Shown here in pieces: positions 44,154 to 59,600 of a stretch of 64,000 nt of DNA (position 1 is its first letter; the number at the start of each line of letters is the position of its first letter). A program made the position numbers and the translations under genes. The notes beneath the pieces were generated by a model. That model was given only the letters and a program-made list of their open reading frames with translations. It had not been told where the DNA came from and made no database searches. Origin of the DNA: a virus (lineage: Duplodnaviria; Heunggongvirae; Uroviricota; Caudoviricetes); the IMG/VR virus record IMGVR_UViG_3300027710_000010, positions 235,583 through 299,582 of that record; one strand, 5' to 3'.

Positions 44154-47100
44154 ATGTCCTCAACTGATAGACAAAATAGATTACTAGTAGCAGAAGATTG
44201 GAAACGAGTTTACCAAAGTTTCCGCAATGCAGACTTTCAAAGCTACGACTTTGAAAACTTACGTAGGGTAATGATTAATTATCTGCGTGAAAACTACCCA
44301 GAAGATTACAACGATTACATTGAGTCGAGCGAATACCTTGCCCTAATAGACATGATTGCTTTCTTGGGCCAAAGCATAGCTTTCCGAGTTGACTTAAATG
44401 CTCGTGAGAACTTCCTAGAACTAGCGGAACGTCGTGAAAGCATATTGCGTTTAGCTCGCTTACTAAGCTATAATGCCAAGCGTAATAAGGCTGCAAATGG
44501 TCTCCTTAAATTTCAAAGTGTTACAACAACACAAACAGTTGTGGACAGCAATGGTCGTAATTTATCAGGACAAGTAGTTGTTTGGAACGACCCTGCAAAT
44601 AGCAACTGGTACGAGCAATTTATTAAAGTAATTAACGCTTCTCTTCCTGCAAGCAGACAATATGGAACTCCAGACAACAGTGCTACGGTATATGGAGTAC
44701 CAACAGAGCAATATCGCTTTCAAACATACAGCACCGGCGTCCCTGTATTTGGCTTTACAAAGACAGTTGATGGACGTAATATGAATTTTGAGATTGTCAG
44801 TACTGTTATTGAAAATGAAAATAATATTGCTGAAGATGCTCCACAAGCTGGTAAAAATTTGTCATTCTTATACAGAGATGATGGTAAAGGATCTGCTAGT
44901 CCTAGCTCTGGATTCTTCCTTCATTTTAGACAAGGCAATCTTAACACTGGTACTTTTGCAGTAACACAACCAAGCACAAACGAAATCATTGACGTCGATG
45001 CAAACAACATTAATGATGACGACGTGTGGTTATACAAATTAGATGCTACTGGGGTTGAAAGTGAATTATGGGCAAAAGTGCCTAGCTTTGAAGGCAACAA
45101 CGTAATTTATAACAGTCTTAAGAAAAGCATTAGAAATATCTACGGTGTAGTAACACGTACTAACGACCGAGTTAGTTTGACATTTAGTGACGGAACTTTT
45201 GGCACCTTGCCATTAGGAACTTTTAGAACTTATTATAGAGTAAGTAACGGTTTAAGTTACACAATCAATCCTAAAGATATTAGAAATGTCAGCATTGACA
45301 TTCCATATCTATCTAATGTTGGTCAAGCAGAAGTATTAACAATCACAATGGCATTACAAACATCTGTGACTAACAGTGCCGAGAGCGAATCAAATACTAG
45401 CATTAAACAAAATGCTCCTGCAACTTATTATACACAAAACAGAATGATTACTGGTGAAGACTATAACATTAGTCCTCTAAGTGTTAGTCAAGATGTTGTA
45501 AAAATTAAAGCAGTAAACAGAACAAGTAGTGGTATTAGTCGTTATTTTGACCTAGTAGATCCTACTGGCAAATATTCTAGTACTAACTTATTTGGTGATG
45601 ACGGCATTGTCTATAAAGAAGAATATGATGACAGTTTTAGGTTTAGCTATCTAACTAGAACTGACATTGAGGGAGTTATCTATAATCAAATTTTAGATGT
45701 TCTAAAAGAAATTAGTTTGCGTAATTTTTATTACAGTAAATTTACAAAAATTGCAACTGATAGTTTAAACATTAAGTGGTTTAGAAAAACACAAGACACT
45801 AACGAAAGCTCTGGATATGTTGGTGATGCCAACGATTCAACACCGTATAGAACAGGCGTTTATGCTGCCACAGATTTACAATACTTTGAATCAGGTGCGT
45901 TAGTAAAGTTTGAAGCACCTGCAGGCAAATGCTTCCTTACTACTGATCTAAGTCGTTTGTATGATTTGTCTAATCCGCCAGTGTTGAATTCTGCAACGTC
46001 ATTATGGGCCAAGGTTGTTAGTGTCACTGGTGATGGTACAAATGGCGGAACTGGTGTACTAGATGATGGAACTGGTCCTATCACTATAAATGTTAATATC
46101 CCACAAGGTGCTATTGTAAGTCAAATTATTCCTAAGTGGCGCACTACTATTGATTCAAGTATTATTACTTCTATGATAGAATTAATATTTGCTAACAAGC
46201 CATTTGGACTACGTTACGACATTGTTAGTAAAACATGGAAGATTGTGTTTGAAGGTAACTTGAATATTATCGATGAATTTAGTTCAGGTAAATCAGGTGA
46301 TAACACAAATCAAAAGTTAGATTCAAGTTGGTTATTGTTGTTTACCACTGACACAGAATATTATACTGTAACAAGCAGACGTCTGCGTTATATATTTGAA
46401 AGCGAAAAACAAATTCGTTTCTTCTTTGATTCATCAAATAAAATCTATGACAGCAGAACAAATAGTATTGTAAAAGACAAAATCAAAGTACTGAGTATTA
46501 ATAATAAGCCTAATAACACTTCGGCATTTACATATGATTTAACGTGGGAAATCAATAAAGAATATGTTGGTATTGACGGCTACGTTGATACTAAAAAAGT
46601 TGAATTGTCATTCAGTGACAGCAATGATGACGGTATTGTAGACGACCCAGACTTGTTTGAATCTATTGTTGACACTGTTAATACAGTTAATCAAGAAAAA
46701 TATGTCGTATTAGAACGATATGAAATTGCTTCAGGCCAACAAGACTATCGTTATATTTCAAATGCAGATAATACTGTATTAATTGTTGAATCTGAAGCAG
46801 CCGTAACCTCTTTACAAAGAGTTGATGGACAATATTTTTATTTTATAAACACAGATGTAGTTAAAAAATACAATGCAGTTACATCGGCATATGTTATAAG
46901 TTTAGATTATAAGGTATTTGCTGGACGCGATGCATTAAAATTCCAGTATGTTCATAGTGCTGATTATGAAACACGTATTGATCCAGGGTTAAGCAACATT
47001 ATTGATTTATTTGTGTTGAGTAAAGAATACGATATTAAATTTAGACAATGGGTTTCTGGCAATCTTACAGATGAACCGTTAGCTCCAAGCTCAGACGAAT

Positions 47101-47612
47101 TATACTTGACTTTATCGCCAGCATTAAGTTCAATAAAATCAATTAGTGATGAGATCATTTATCATCCAGTAAAGTATAAAGTGTTATTTGGCGCAAAGGC
47201 TAGTTTAGATGTGAGAGCTAGTTTTAAAATCATTAAAAATATAGAACAACCAATAAGCGATAATGAAATTAAAGCTAGAGTGTTATCAGCAATCAATCAA
47301 TTCTTTTCTTTAGAAAATTGGGAATTTGGAGATAGTTTTTACTTCTCAGAATTATCTACATACGTGATGAATCAAACAGCACCGTATCTAGTTAACTTTA
47401 TTATTGTTCCAAGACAAACAACTTTAAACTTTGGCAGCTTGTTTGAAATTAAATCAGAAAGCGATCAAATTTTTATAAATGGTGCAACGGCAGATGATAT
47501 TGAAATTATTACAGGCATCACGTCAAGTAATATATCGGCACAAGGTAGTGTTACCTCAACATCTAATGTTACATCACAACAAACTATTACAAGTAGAACT
47601 GGGAGTTATTAA
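44154..47612 (+). CDS. gp6: Baseplate wedge subunit (gp6-like)
   Basis: 'YDFE.LR..MI.YLR', 'D....ENFL..A..R.S.L.LA..L.Y', 'F.DG.FG..P', 'ES...IK..AP..Y.TQNR.IT..DY'. Confidence 0.85.
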   Translation: MSSTDRQNRLLVAEDWKRVYQSFRNADFQSYDFENLRRVMINYLRENYPEDYNDYIESSEYLALIDMIAFLGQSIAFRVDLNARENFLELAERRESILRLARLLSYNAKRNKAANGLLKFQSVTTTQTVVDSNGRNLSGQVVVWNDPANSNWYEQFIKVINASLPASRQYGTPDNSATVYGVPTEQYRFQTYSTGVPVFGFTKTVDGRNMNFEIVSTVIENENNIAEDAPQAGKNLSFLYRDDGKGSASPSSGFFLHFRQGNLNTGTFAVTQPSTNEIIDVDANNINDDDVWLYKLDATGVESELWAKVPSFEGNNVIYNSLKKSIRNIYGVVTRTNDRVSLTFSDGTFGTLPLGTFRTYYRVSNGLSYTINPKDIRNVSIDIPYLSNVGQAEVLTITMALQTSVTNSAESESNTSIKQNAPATYYTQNRMITGEDYNISPLSVSQDVVKIKAVNRTSSGISRYFDLVDPTGKYSSTNLFGDDGIVYKEEYDDSFRFSYLTRTDIEGVIYNQILDVLKEISLRNFYYSKFTKIATDSLNIKWFRKTQDTNESSGYVGDANDSTPYRTGVYAATDLQYFESGALVKFEAPAGKCFLTTDLSRLYDLSNPPVLNSATSLWAKVVSVTGDGTNGGTGVLDDGTGPITINVNIPQGAIVSQIIPKWRTTIDSSIITSMIELIFANKPFGLRYDIVSKTWKIVFEGNLNIIDEFSSGKSGDNTNQKLDSSWLLLFTTDTEYYTVTSRRLRYIFESEKQIRFFFDSSNKIYDSRTNSIVKDKIKVLSINNKPNNTSAFTYDLTWEINKEYVGIDGYVDTKKVELSFSDSNDDGIVDDPDLFESIVDTVNTVNQEKYVVLERYEIASGQQDYRYISNADNTVLIVESEAAVTSLQRVDGQYFYFINTDVVKKYNAVTSAYVISLDYKVFAGRDALKFQYVHSADYETRIDPGLSNIIDLFVLSKEYDIKFRQWVSGNLTDEPLAPSSDELYLTLSPALSSIKSISDEIIYHPVKYKVLFGAKASLDVRASFKIIKNIEQPISDNEIKARVLSAINQFFSLENWEFGDSFYFSELSTYVMNQTAPYLVNFIIVPRQTTLNFGSLFEIKSESDQIFINGATADDIEIITGITSSNISAQGSVTSTSNVTSQQTITSRTGSY

Positions 47613-50600
47613 TGGCTGAAGACCAAAACGAATATGGCCTGCCTATTGGCAAAGGCGAAAAGCGAAGAACTGCACGACTTCTTCCTCGTTATTATAGAAC
47701 TGAATCAAATAAAAAATTTATTCAAGCCACAGTCGATCAGCTTACACAGTCTGGTACTGTTAAGAAGTTAAATGGTTACATTGGAAGAAAGAACGCGAAA
47801 GCAGTTACTGGCAATGATGTATTCATTGAAACTGTTACGACTGACAGAGAAAATTATCAGTTAGAACCCTGCGCCATTGTTAAAGATACGCTAGATAATG
47901 TAACGTTTTTTAAAGACTACATAGACTATGTTAACACAGTTGACGTATTAGGCGGCATTTCTAAAAATCATAAACAACTTAACAAACAAGAGTTTTACAG
48001 TTGGAATCCACACATTAGTTGGGATAAGTTAGTTAACTTCCAACAGTATTATTGGATGCCCTATGGCCCTGACACTATCAAAGTTGCCGGACAACAAAAA
48101 GATATCGTTAGTACGTACACTGTTTCTATTTCTGACGAGGGAGACAACAGAGCGTTTGTCTTTACTCCAGACGGATTAACTAGAAATCCAACATTAAAAT
48201 TATTTAGAGGCCAAACGTATCGTTTTGAAATTAGTTCAAATGGCGAACCGTTTAGTATTAAAACCCAACGTGAAGCTGGATCACTGTATAGATATCTAAA
48301 CGGGGTCAGTGATTATGCTGTTGAATACGGTGTAGTTACGTTTACAGTTCCTGATGATGCGCCTGACGTGCTATACTATGTCAGTGAAAATTCTGTTGAC
48401 ACCGGCGGCGCATGGGAAGTATTTGACATTACAGAAAATACAGCAATTGATGTTGATGCTGAAATTATTGGTAAAAAAACTTATCAACTAGCTTCAGGAC
48501 TGGCATTAAGTAACGGTATGAAAATTACCTTTACAGGCGAAGTCCTGCCAGCATCATACGCAAACGGTAATTTTTATGTAGAAGGGGTCGGCTCACAAAT
48601 TAAATTAATTCCAGAAAACAGCTTAGAGATTATTACAGGATACTCAGAAGCTAGTGAAATCTTATTTGATGACTCTGGATTTGATACCCTGCCGTTTAGT
48701 GATGCAACAGCATATGCAGCCAAAAAAGATTATATAACAATTAATCGTGCAAACACTGACGGCAATCCATGGAGCCGTTATAACCGATGGTTCCATCAAG
48801 ATGTAATTACTAAGAGTGCAGAAGCCGCAGGTGTTGATGTTTCACTAGATCAACTTCAAAGAGCTACTAGACCAATTATTGAGTTTGAATCAAATCTTAA
48901 ATTGTTTAACTTTGGCACGGTAGTAAAAAAGGATGTTGATTTAATTGACAGTTTCACTGACGACATTTTTTCAACTATTGAAGGTACGACCGGATATAAC
49001 GTTGACGGAATCAGTTTGTCTCAAGGTCAACGTATTTTGTTTACTGCTGATACTGATCCGTTAGTAAGAAATAAAATTTTTAAAGTTGACTTTATTACAG
49101 TACACCCAACAGGTGCCAGTCCTATTAGACAAATTCACTTGGTTGAAGAAGATGATTCTGATCCATTGACTAACGAATCTATACTAGTTAAGAACGGAAA
49201 TCTAAATCAAGGCAAAATGTATTGGTTTACTGGTACTGACTGGAAAGCTACTCAAGAAAAAACAGCAATTAATCAAGCACCGTTGTTTGACTTATTTGAT
49301 AAAAATGAAGTTTCTTTAAACGACTTGACTTTTTATCCAGGCTCTACATTTGCTGGCAATAAGATTTTTTCTTATAAAGTAAGCTCGTCTGGTACAAATG
49401 ATTCTGTACTTGGATTTCCGTTAACTTACAGAAATATCAATAATATTGGCGATATTGTTTTTACTTTTGATCTATTACAGAATCAATTTTCCTATAAGCA
49501 GGGCGTTGATGTATTGACTCAGCATACTGATGCACAGTTTTTAAAACTAATTACTGGATTAGAAACTGGCAACTATATTAATGGATGGACTAAAAATGCA
49601 TTGAATAATGTTCAACCAATTGTCCGAGTTTACAAAGACAGCGGGTTAACGACTGAATTTACGATAGATGTATTTGATAGTATTGCACAACTCGCTGATT
49701 TAGAAGTCAGAGTATACATTAATGGTAAAAGATTAGACAAGTCTAAGTGGAATATCGTTGACGGCACAAAATATAAAAAAGTTGTATTAACTACAGCAGT
49801 TGAACTAACAGATGTAGTTACACTGAGATGTTTTAGCGAGCAGGATAAAAATGCAAAAGGTTATTATGAACTTCCTATTAACTTTCAAAATAATCCATTA
49901 AACAACAATGTTAACACATTTACGTTAGGTGAAGCGATAGATCACGTTGACAGTATTGTTGACAATAATACTTTGTTTTCTGGAGCATATCCTGGCACAG
50001 GCAATCTACGTGACTTGGGCGATATTTCTGTCTACGGTACTAAGTTTGTTCAACACAGTGGACCAATAAATCTAGGATTATACCATTTAACAAGCAAAAA
50101 CGCCAACATTATCAAAGCTCTTAAACAAGCAAGAGACGATTATGGTAAATTTAAAAGAAATTTTATAAACATTGCAGAAACAATCACTGACGAATATGAT
50201 AATAAAAAGTTTGTAGATAATATTCTATTTGAAGCAAACAAGGATCGTTCAAAATCTTCGCCTTATTATTTTAGTGATATGATTGGTTACGGCGCTGCCG
50301 TCCAAACTGATTATACTGTCGTTGATTACAGAATTAAAACATATCCGTTATCTCAAGTATTTTCTTTAAATGAGTTATCTAATAAAGCAGTCAACGTTTA
50401 TGTTAACGGTATACAACTGTTATATGGAAAAGATTACACATTTAATGATACTGGATTTGTTGAATTAACTGCAACTGTTCCGTTAGCTAATAATGATGTT
50501 ATCAGCGTATACGAATACGAAAGTACTGACGGTTGTTTCATACCACCAACACCTACTAGTTTAGGCATGTGGCCTAAATTTGAACCTAAGAAATATTTAG

Positions 50601-53600
50601 ATACTACACTATCAACTCCTCAATATGTTATTCAAGGACATGACGGTGCCATTATTTTGGCCTACAATGATTATAGAGACGATTTAATTCTTGATTTAGA
50701 AAAGAGAATCTTTAACAACATTAAAGTTGAATACGATACTACAATGTTTGATGTGTTGGATTTTGTTCCTGGATATAATAGGCCTACTGAGTATTCAAGA
50801 GACGAATTTAATGAAATATTAGCTCCTAATTTTTATCAATGGACTACATTAATTGATAGAGATTTTACTAAACCGTTGACTTATAGTTCTGACAACGCAT
50901 TTACATACAACTATAAAGATAACACAGCCGTTGATGGAACACCACTACCGGGTTACTGGAGAGGCATCTATAGTTGGATGTTTGATACTGACCGTATTCA
51001 TATTTGCCCATGGGAAAGTTTAGGCTTTAGTATAGAACCAACATGGTGGCAAGAGGTCTACGGATCTGCGCCATATACTAGCAATAATCTTGTATTATGG
51101 GAAGACATTAAAGCAGGCATTATTAGAGAGCCAGGCAAGCCTGTGACACGTGTTGCTAAGTTTGCTAGACCAGTAATGGGGGATATACCTCCAGTTGATG
51201 AGGAAGGTAATTTAATAGATCCTATAATGTCTGACATTGCACAAGGCACAATTAAACCTCAAATGTCTGATAGTTTCGTCTTTGGTGATGTAAGTCCAGT
51301 TGAAGCTGCTTGGAGAAGAAGTTCGTACTTTCCATTCAGTGTATTAGTGGCAGCGTCGTTAATGCAACCAAACAAAGTTCTAGGTACTTGTTTAGACAGA
51401 AGCAGAATTGTTAGAAATTTAAATGATCAAATTGTTTACAAAGACACTGGGTTAAGAATACGTTTAGCAGATATTGTATTCCCTTCAATCCCATCAGACA
51501 ACGCCAGAATTCAAACTGCCGGGTTGGTTAACTATCTAGTTGACTATATTTTAAGTGATAATTTAAAATCATTAGTTGAATACAAAAATGATTTAGCGAC
51601 GTTGACAAATCAACTTAGCCATAGGCTCGGCGGATTTACAAGTAAAGAAAAATTTAATTTAATTTTAGACAGTAAGAGTCCAACAGCAAATGCAGGCGTA
51701 TTTGTGCCTAAAGAAAACTATAGCATTTTCTTAAACACAGGGTCTCCTACTTCCAAATTAAATTACAGCGGTGTTATTATTACAAAATTGTTGACTAGAA
51801 ATGGTGTTGGCTATGAAGTTAAGGGCTACAGTCAAACTGCTCCTTTCTTTTACTACTATCCATGGACACAGTCTGGAAACACAATTAATGTGGGCGGTAT
51901 AAGCGAGTCATATATTACTTGGTCATCTGGTCAAGTATACGTGGCTGGCAATATTGTAAAATATAATAATGCTTATTATAGAGTAAAATCTAATCACACC
52001 GCTCAAGAAAGTTTTGATGTTACACTATATCAAAAATTACCAGCACTGCCAATAATTGGTGGCCGAGATGCAGTTTTAAGAAAAGCATGGGATAGAACTC
52101 CTACTATTCTTAATTATGGAACTACATTTACTAGTGTTCAACAAGTCGTGGACTTTTTACAAGGGTACAGTGAGTACTTAAAAGATCAAGGGTTTGTGTT
52201 TGATGACTACAATACAAATCTTAAATCTATTGCATCTTGGGACACGTCGGTAAAAGAATTCATGTTCTGGACTACACAGAACTGGAGCACAGGTGTTGAC
52301 AAGTATAAAGACTGGTTGCCCAATACTGAAATTAAAGCAGATGAAATTGTAATTTACAATGGCGATTTTTATACTTCTATCAAAGAGCATGTAACATCTG
52401 AATTGTTTGACCCTGTACTGTATACACCATTGAATAGCCTTTCTCAAGAAGGTGCAAGCGTTATTTCTCTAAGTCCGTCTGCTCTTGGCTTATCAATGAG
52501 ATTAGATTATAATGTTATTGATGATATCAGAGATCAGTTTAACGAATATGAAATTTTTAAAGCTGATGGTTTAAAGTTTGATCAAAACTTTTTAAATTAC
52601 ACACGAGAGGACAACGAGTTTTCGTTTAGTCCTAGAGTTAACGGTATAGGAATTTACGGTGCTGGATTCTATCTAGTACAAAAAGAACACGTACTGATTA
52701 TTGACAATACTACACAGTTTAACGATACTATCTATAATTTAGAAGCAGGTTATCGCCAAGAGCGTATTAAAGTAGCAGGTTACAGAACTGTTAACTGGTA
52801 CGGCGGATTTGATATTCCTGGATTTATATTTGACCAAGCTAAAATTTCTGAATGGAAACAGTGGACAGACTATAACTTGGGTGATATCGTTAAGTACAAA
52901 GAATTTTACTATAGTGCCGAAAAGTTCTTACCAGGAGCATTTGAGTTTAACAACGAAGATTGGATCAAACTTGACAGCAAACCAACCTCTGCTTTATTAC
53001 CTAACTGGGATTATAAAGCAGAACAATTTACAGACTTTTATGATTTAGAATCTGACAACTTTGACAGTAATCAACAACGTATTGCACAGCACTTGATCGG
53101 ATATCAAAAGCGTCAATATTTAGAAAATATTATTAAAAATGATGTAAGCGAGTATAAATTCTATCAAGGCATGATCCAAGAGAAAGGGTCTGTAAATTCA
53201 TTAAACAAATTGTTTGATGTATTAAGTGCCGCTGACCAAGAAAGCATTGACTTTAATGAAGAATGGGCAGTTAGGATTGGCCAGTACGGCGGTGCAGAAG
53301 CGTTTGATGAGATTGAATTCACATTAGATGAATCATTGTTTAAAACTAATCCACAAGCATTTGAATTAGTTGCAACTACGGATTCAAATAAAGTAGATTT
53401 TGTAGTTAGACAAACATCTAATCAGTTGTACATTAAACCACTGGGATATAATAACAATCCGTGGCCAGTAAACTCTAGCACTAGATCATATTTAAGAACA
53501 CCGGGATATGTTAGGTACGATCAAATTAAATTGAATGTTGATTCTATCAAAGACATGGTAGGTCAAGATATTACAACATTTACTGAAGGCGATTATGTCT

Positions 53601-56600
53601 GGACAGCTTTTGATTCAGTCAGCTGGGATCCAGTTAGCTGGAATATCTATAGATTTACAAAAGCAGATTTCCTTGATAAAAGTATAGAGTATACTACCAG
53701 TACTAAAACTTTAAAAATTCAGTTTGATCGAATCCCTAATTTAGAAGTTGGCGATATCATTGGTATCACTAATTCTGCAAAATTACAAGGATTTCATATA
53801 GTAAACAGTGTTGTATTAAACACTATTACAGTGACAGCTACTATTAGTGGTTGGCAAGATCCCTTCCAGGATAGTTCGCAGATACTGTTTTATAAATTAA
53901 TTCCTCAACGCATTCAAAGTATTGATGATGAAATTGCATTACCTAAACTATTAAAGACTAATGAGTTATTATGGATTGACAACAACACATCTAATAAAAA
54001 TTCTGTTTGGCAAAATACACCTGTTTACAATAAAAAGACTCTACAGTTGCCGGCAACACAAGCGGATACACAGTTTGGCAATGCAGTTGCACTCAGCGGA
54101 GACGGCAATACATTAGTGGTATCAACAAACACAAACAAATGTATTGTTTATAGAAAAGCATCAAATACTTCTGGCTGGGCTCGCCAGCAAACTATAACAG
54201 AAGACATTAGTGGATTTGGCACCATAATTTCTTTATCGTTTGATGGCAGATGGTTAGCTGTTGGTATTCCAACTTCGCAGGGTGCAGTATTAATTTATGA
54301 AATAGATTCTAACGGTGATTACCTATACTTAGAGACGATAACAGTTAGTGGATCGACTAATTTTGGCACAAAAATTAAATTTGCCACGACAAGTTTTGGA
54401 TATAGAATGCTAGTGACTGCACCTGGAACAAACGGTACAGGTGAACTGTATGTTTACAGTTACACAACGAGTTGGTCAACAGAAGGCGCCATCGAGCTTC
54501 CAGTAGGTACTGCTGGATTTGGTTATGACTTAGATGTTACAGTTGATGGAGCAACGCTAATTGTTTCCTCGCCGACTGCTAATTCTCTTGCAGGACAAGT
54601 ATACGTTTACACGTACACTAGCTCATTATATGAATTAACACAGACTTTAGAGTCTGGAGCAGTGTTTGGAGAACGTTACGGCGAAAGTGTTGCTATAGCA
54701 CCAGCAGGTGATTTGATCGCCGTTGGAAGTATTACTTATGATGGTGAACAAGTTGACCAAGGACTTGTTAGACTTTACAAACTTGATGCTGGCGAATATG
54801 TAGCAGATCAACTTGTTAAAAATCGTAACCCAGAAGAATCAGAATCTTTTGGGGCAAAATTACAGTTTATCAACGACGGTGTTAGCTTAGTTGTGTTTAG
54901 TGCGTTTGGCGACAGTATAACCCGTACTACTTTTGATGTGGAGGGAAATAACCCAACAACATTTGATGGTAATACAACTTCAATAGCTACAGTTAATAAA
55001 GATGTAGGACGTTTTGATATCTATGACAAGTACAACACTAAGTTTCTATACGCTGAATCATTACTAGTTGATAATGCAATAACTGACTTATATGGTCGTG
55101 CTTTTGCCGCTGGTAATAACACAATTATTACCTCGGCAATTAATAGCGGCGCAACAGGGCAAGTTTATTCTTATGCCAAATTGCCCAATGCTTATAGTTG
55201 GTCGCAGGTTCAAGAACAATCAAACAAAGTAGATTTAACAAAAATTAAAAAAGTATTCTTATACAATAAGAAAACTAATGAGCTTATTACATATCTTGAT
55301 GTAATTGATCCTGTACAAGGTAAAATTGCGGGTATTGCAGAACAAGAGATCAAATATAAAACTTATTACGATCCTGCAACATACTCTGTTGGTAGTTCAA
55401 CAGTAAACGTTGATGACGGAATGGCATGGACTGGAAAACAAGTAGGAATGCTGTGGTGGGATTTAACCCGTGCTAAATTCTTAGATAGTTATACCGGTGA
55501 TGTAGTTTACAAAAATTCTACATGGAATACTTTGTATGATACTAGTAGTATTGACATCTACGAATGGGTAGAGTCAAAATACTTGCCGGCAGATTGGGAC
55601 ACTTTGGCTGATACAGAAGCAGGACTAAGTGCAGGTATCAGCGGTACTAGTTTATACGGCAATGCTGTATACAGTATTAAAAAACGATATGATACAGTTG
55701 CAAAGTCCTTTAAAAACACTTATTACTTCTGGGTAAAAAATAAAACAATCGTTCCTAACACTGTTGATAGATCAACATCTGCGAGCGATGTTGCACGATT
55801 GATTGCTGATCCTAAGAGTCAAGGACACAAATATATTGAATTTACTGGAACTGATAGTTTTAGTTTAGTAAACATTGACAATTTATTACAGCATACAGAT
55901 ATTGTGTTAACTGTACAATACTGGTTGGTAAAATATGACGATTTAAATGTTCATACAGACTGGAAAATCATTAGCGAGCATCCAAATACATCTATTCCTA
56001 AAAGCATAGAGACCAAGTGGGTTGACAGTTTAGTTGGTGTTGATGACAACAATCGAACCGTACCAGATATGAACTTGCCAGCTAAACAGAAATTTGGCGT
56101 GCAATTTAGACCTAGACAAAGTATGTTTGTTAACAGACTGGAAGCACTAAAACAATATATTGAACGAGTAAATCATGAATTAAAACAGTTGCTGATTGTT
56201 GATAGTGCAGATTTATCAGACTTTAATTCTTTTGATCCTGTTCCGTCAAAGATCTCTGGACTGTATGACACAGTTGCAGATGCTGAAACTGAACTACGTT
56301 TAATTAATACTGGAGCATCAACTACAGCGTTACTAACTCCGGTTATTATTGACGGACAAATTGTTGATGTAATTATTAACTCTGCGGGTTCTGGATATGT
56401 AAATGCTCCCTTTGTTACTATTGTTGGCAGTGGGTCTGGAGCGTCTATAAAAACAATTATCAATACTAATGGGGCTGTTACTGGTGTTGATATTATTAGC
56501 AAGGGCAAAGGGTATTCAGATGCAACAACCTTATCTGTAAGGAATTTATCAGTACTGGTGTCTAGTGATAGCCAAGCATCTGGACGTTGGGCTATCTACT

Positions 56601-59600
56601 CTTATGATAGTATTAAATCAGTATGGATAAGAACAAAATCACAAAGCTACAACGTTACTGACTTCTGGGATTACTTAGATTGGTATGATACGGGTTATAG
56701 CCAGTTTACAAAGATTGACTACGTAGTTGGCGGAACATATGAATTATTTACATTAGCAGTAAATGTTGGCCAAGTGGTCAAAGTTAAAAATGTTGGCTCT
56801 GCAGGTTGGATGTTGTTGGAAAAATATGCTGATGTTAACAGTATTGATTATACACTTTCATATAAAGTTATAGGTCGTCAAAACGGTACTATTGCAATAT
56901 CTAATAAGTTTTATCAGTTTGCTGATACTAACTCGGGATTTGATGGTCCACTGTATGATATTGACACTTATGACAATTCAGGTTCAGTAGAACTAAAAAT
57001 TATTTTAACAGCATTACGTAACAAGGTACTGATCGACGAGTTGCGCCCAATTTACTTACAGTTGTTCTTTGCAAGTTTAAAATACGCAATGTCTGAGCAA
57101 ACATTTATTGACTGGGCGTTCAAGACTAGTTTTGTAAAAGCAATGCATAATGTTGGTGAGTTGAAACAAAAAGTAACTTATAACAATGACAATTTAACTG
57201 ATTTTGAAAATTATATTGCTGAAGTTAAGCCGTATAGAACTAAGATTAGAGAGTACGTAAGTGCTTACAACAACTTAGATAACAGCCAAACAATGGTCAC
57301 TGACTTTGATCTACCTGCGGTAGGCAGAGGCAAAGTTACTGAACCTATTAGTGTTATTGTGCGAGACGGTGTACTTGAATATTCAGACAGTGAACTTCTT
57401 GACTACCCCTGGAAGCATTGGTTAGACCATGTTGGTTTTTATGTAGATTCTATTCAGCTAGTTGATGCCGGTACTGGGTATATTAGTAAACCAGTTATTA
57501 ATATTGTTGGTGACTGTGAAGTACCTGCAACGGCAAGAGCGTATATAGCAAATGGTAAAATCTCAAAGATAGAATTATTAACTCCAGGATCTGGCTACTT
57601 GTCAGCTCCAACAATTGAAATTTCTGGAGGGTTGTCGTCTAATGGTGTTGCTGCCAAAGCAGTTGCAATTATTAAAAATGATCTAGTAAGAAGTAATTTA
57701 ATTAAAATTAAATTTGATAGAATAACAAACAATTATTTTATAACACAATTAGATGTTAGCGAAACATTCACTGGTACTGCATCAAGATTACAATGGCCAT
57801 TAAAATGGAGTCCTGATTTAAAAACAGGCAATACGATTGTTAGAATTAACGGACAAGAAGCTTTACGTGACAGTTATTCAATTGCCACAAAGAAAACTAC
57901 GACTCGAGGATACACTGCGTATTCTGGATTATTGACGTTTAATACTGCCCCTGCTTCTGGAGCAGTAATTGTTATCGAATACATGAAAGATTTCAACTAC
58001 TTAAATGCCGCCGATAGAATTAATTTTTATTATAATCCAACTACTGGTCAATTAGGTAAAGATTTAGCACAGTTGATGACTGGCGTTGATTACGGCGGCG
58101 TAAACATTGTTGGTTTGAATTTTAAATCATCAGCAGGTTGGGACGATTTACCTTGGTTCAGTGATGTATGGGACGGGTTTGATCCAACATTTGATGATTT
58201 TATTACTACTGTTGATAACAGTACTCAGCAAGTTACATTGAATTATATTCCTGCTAACGGATTAGAATTAAACGTTTACTTGTCTAGATACAATGAACTT
58301 ACTGAAAAATATGATGATGCTATTAGATTAGATGATCCTTATTATAATTTGTATGACGGTGTTACGGTTCAGCCCAACGGAAGAACTGTTGCTCCAACTA
58401 ATGCTATAATGCAAACTCTTGTTGGTAATGGTATAACTGATACATTTGAGTTGCCAGAAGATGCGAGTCGTCTAATTGATCAACGAGACAAGTTAATAAT
58501 TCGTAAAACAACTAGCGATGGGTCAAGTACTCCTAATAGTTTAGATTATGATACTGCATTATCTGGCGGAACTATGGTCTATGATACTGCAACGGGCTTG
58601 ACCGCAGATGATATTATTGTTGATGGTGATGGGTTTGTTACTCCAACAAGTAGTCCTGCTACTGAAGAAGTTGTTCCTGGACAGATTACTGATGCAGTGG
58701 CAATCAAAGTATTCCATAAACCTACATCAGGATCTGCAGGCATTGTATCTAATAACTATGTAGGTGATGGAACAACTGATACATTTAGTATTGGCCAATT
58801 CCCTAATACACAACAGGCAGTTATTGTAAAAGTTGGCACTGATATCATTAATGATTTCACTATAGACTATAATACAAAAACTGTAACATTGACAACACCG
58901 CCAGCTAACAAAGAAATTGTTAGTGTAATGAGCTTTGGCTACAACGGAGAAGACATTGTTGATTTAGATTATTTTGTAGGGGACGGCAGCTCTATTGAGT
59001 TTATTACAAATGCTCCATGGTCAGAAAATGTGTCATCATTAATTGTTGTATCAGGTGTACAACAAGATTACATATTATTTGCCACTGATGGATCATATTC
59101 TGATGTAAACAGGATTGGTATTAGATTTGGTGAAGCTCCTCCAAGCGGCGCTATCATCAACTATTTGATTTCCAGCACATCAACTAGAACATTTAGTTTA
59201 GCAACAAAAGAAACATTCGTAACAGACGGTAGTACACTGACTTATCAGTTAACAAACCCTGTTGGTGATGCGTATCCTTACGAAGCAAACGTAATAGTTA
59301 GAACAGGTAATGCAATACTAACTGGACCAAATAACAGCTACTTTACATTAAGTAACGATAGTTTAACGTATACAATTCCTGCGTACTTGTTCCAGTCTGA
59401 TACATTTGATATCAACGATTTTAATGTCTACTTAGATGGCAATGAATTAGCACTGATGGCAGACTACACTATTGATCTAACTTTGGGACAAGTAATTTTA
59501 AATTCTTCTTTATACAATGAAGGATCTAAACTAATTGTTAGCTTGTTAAGTTCAGCAGATTATTTTATTGATAATAATGCAATTACATTTACAACTGTGC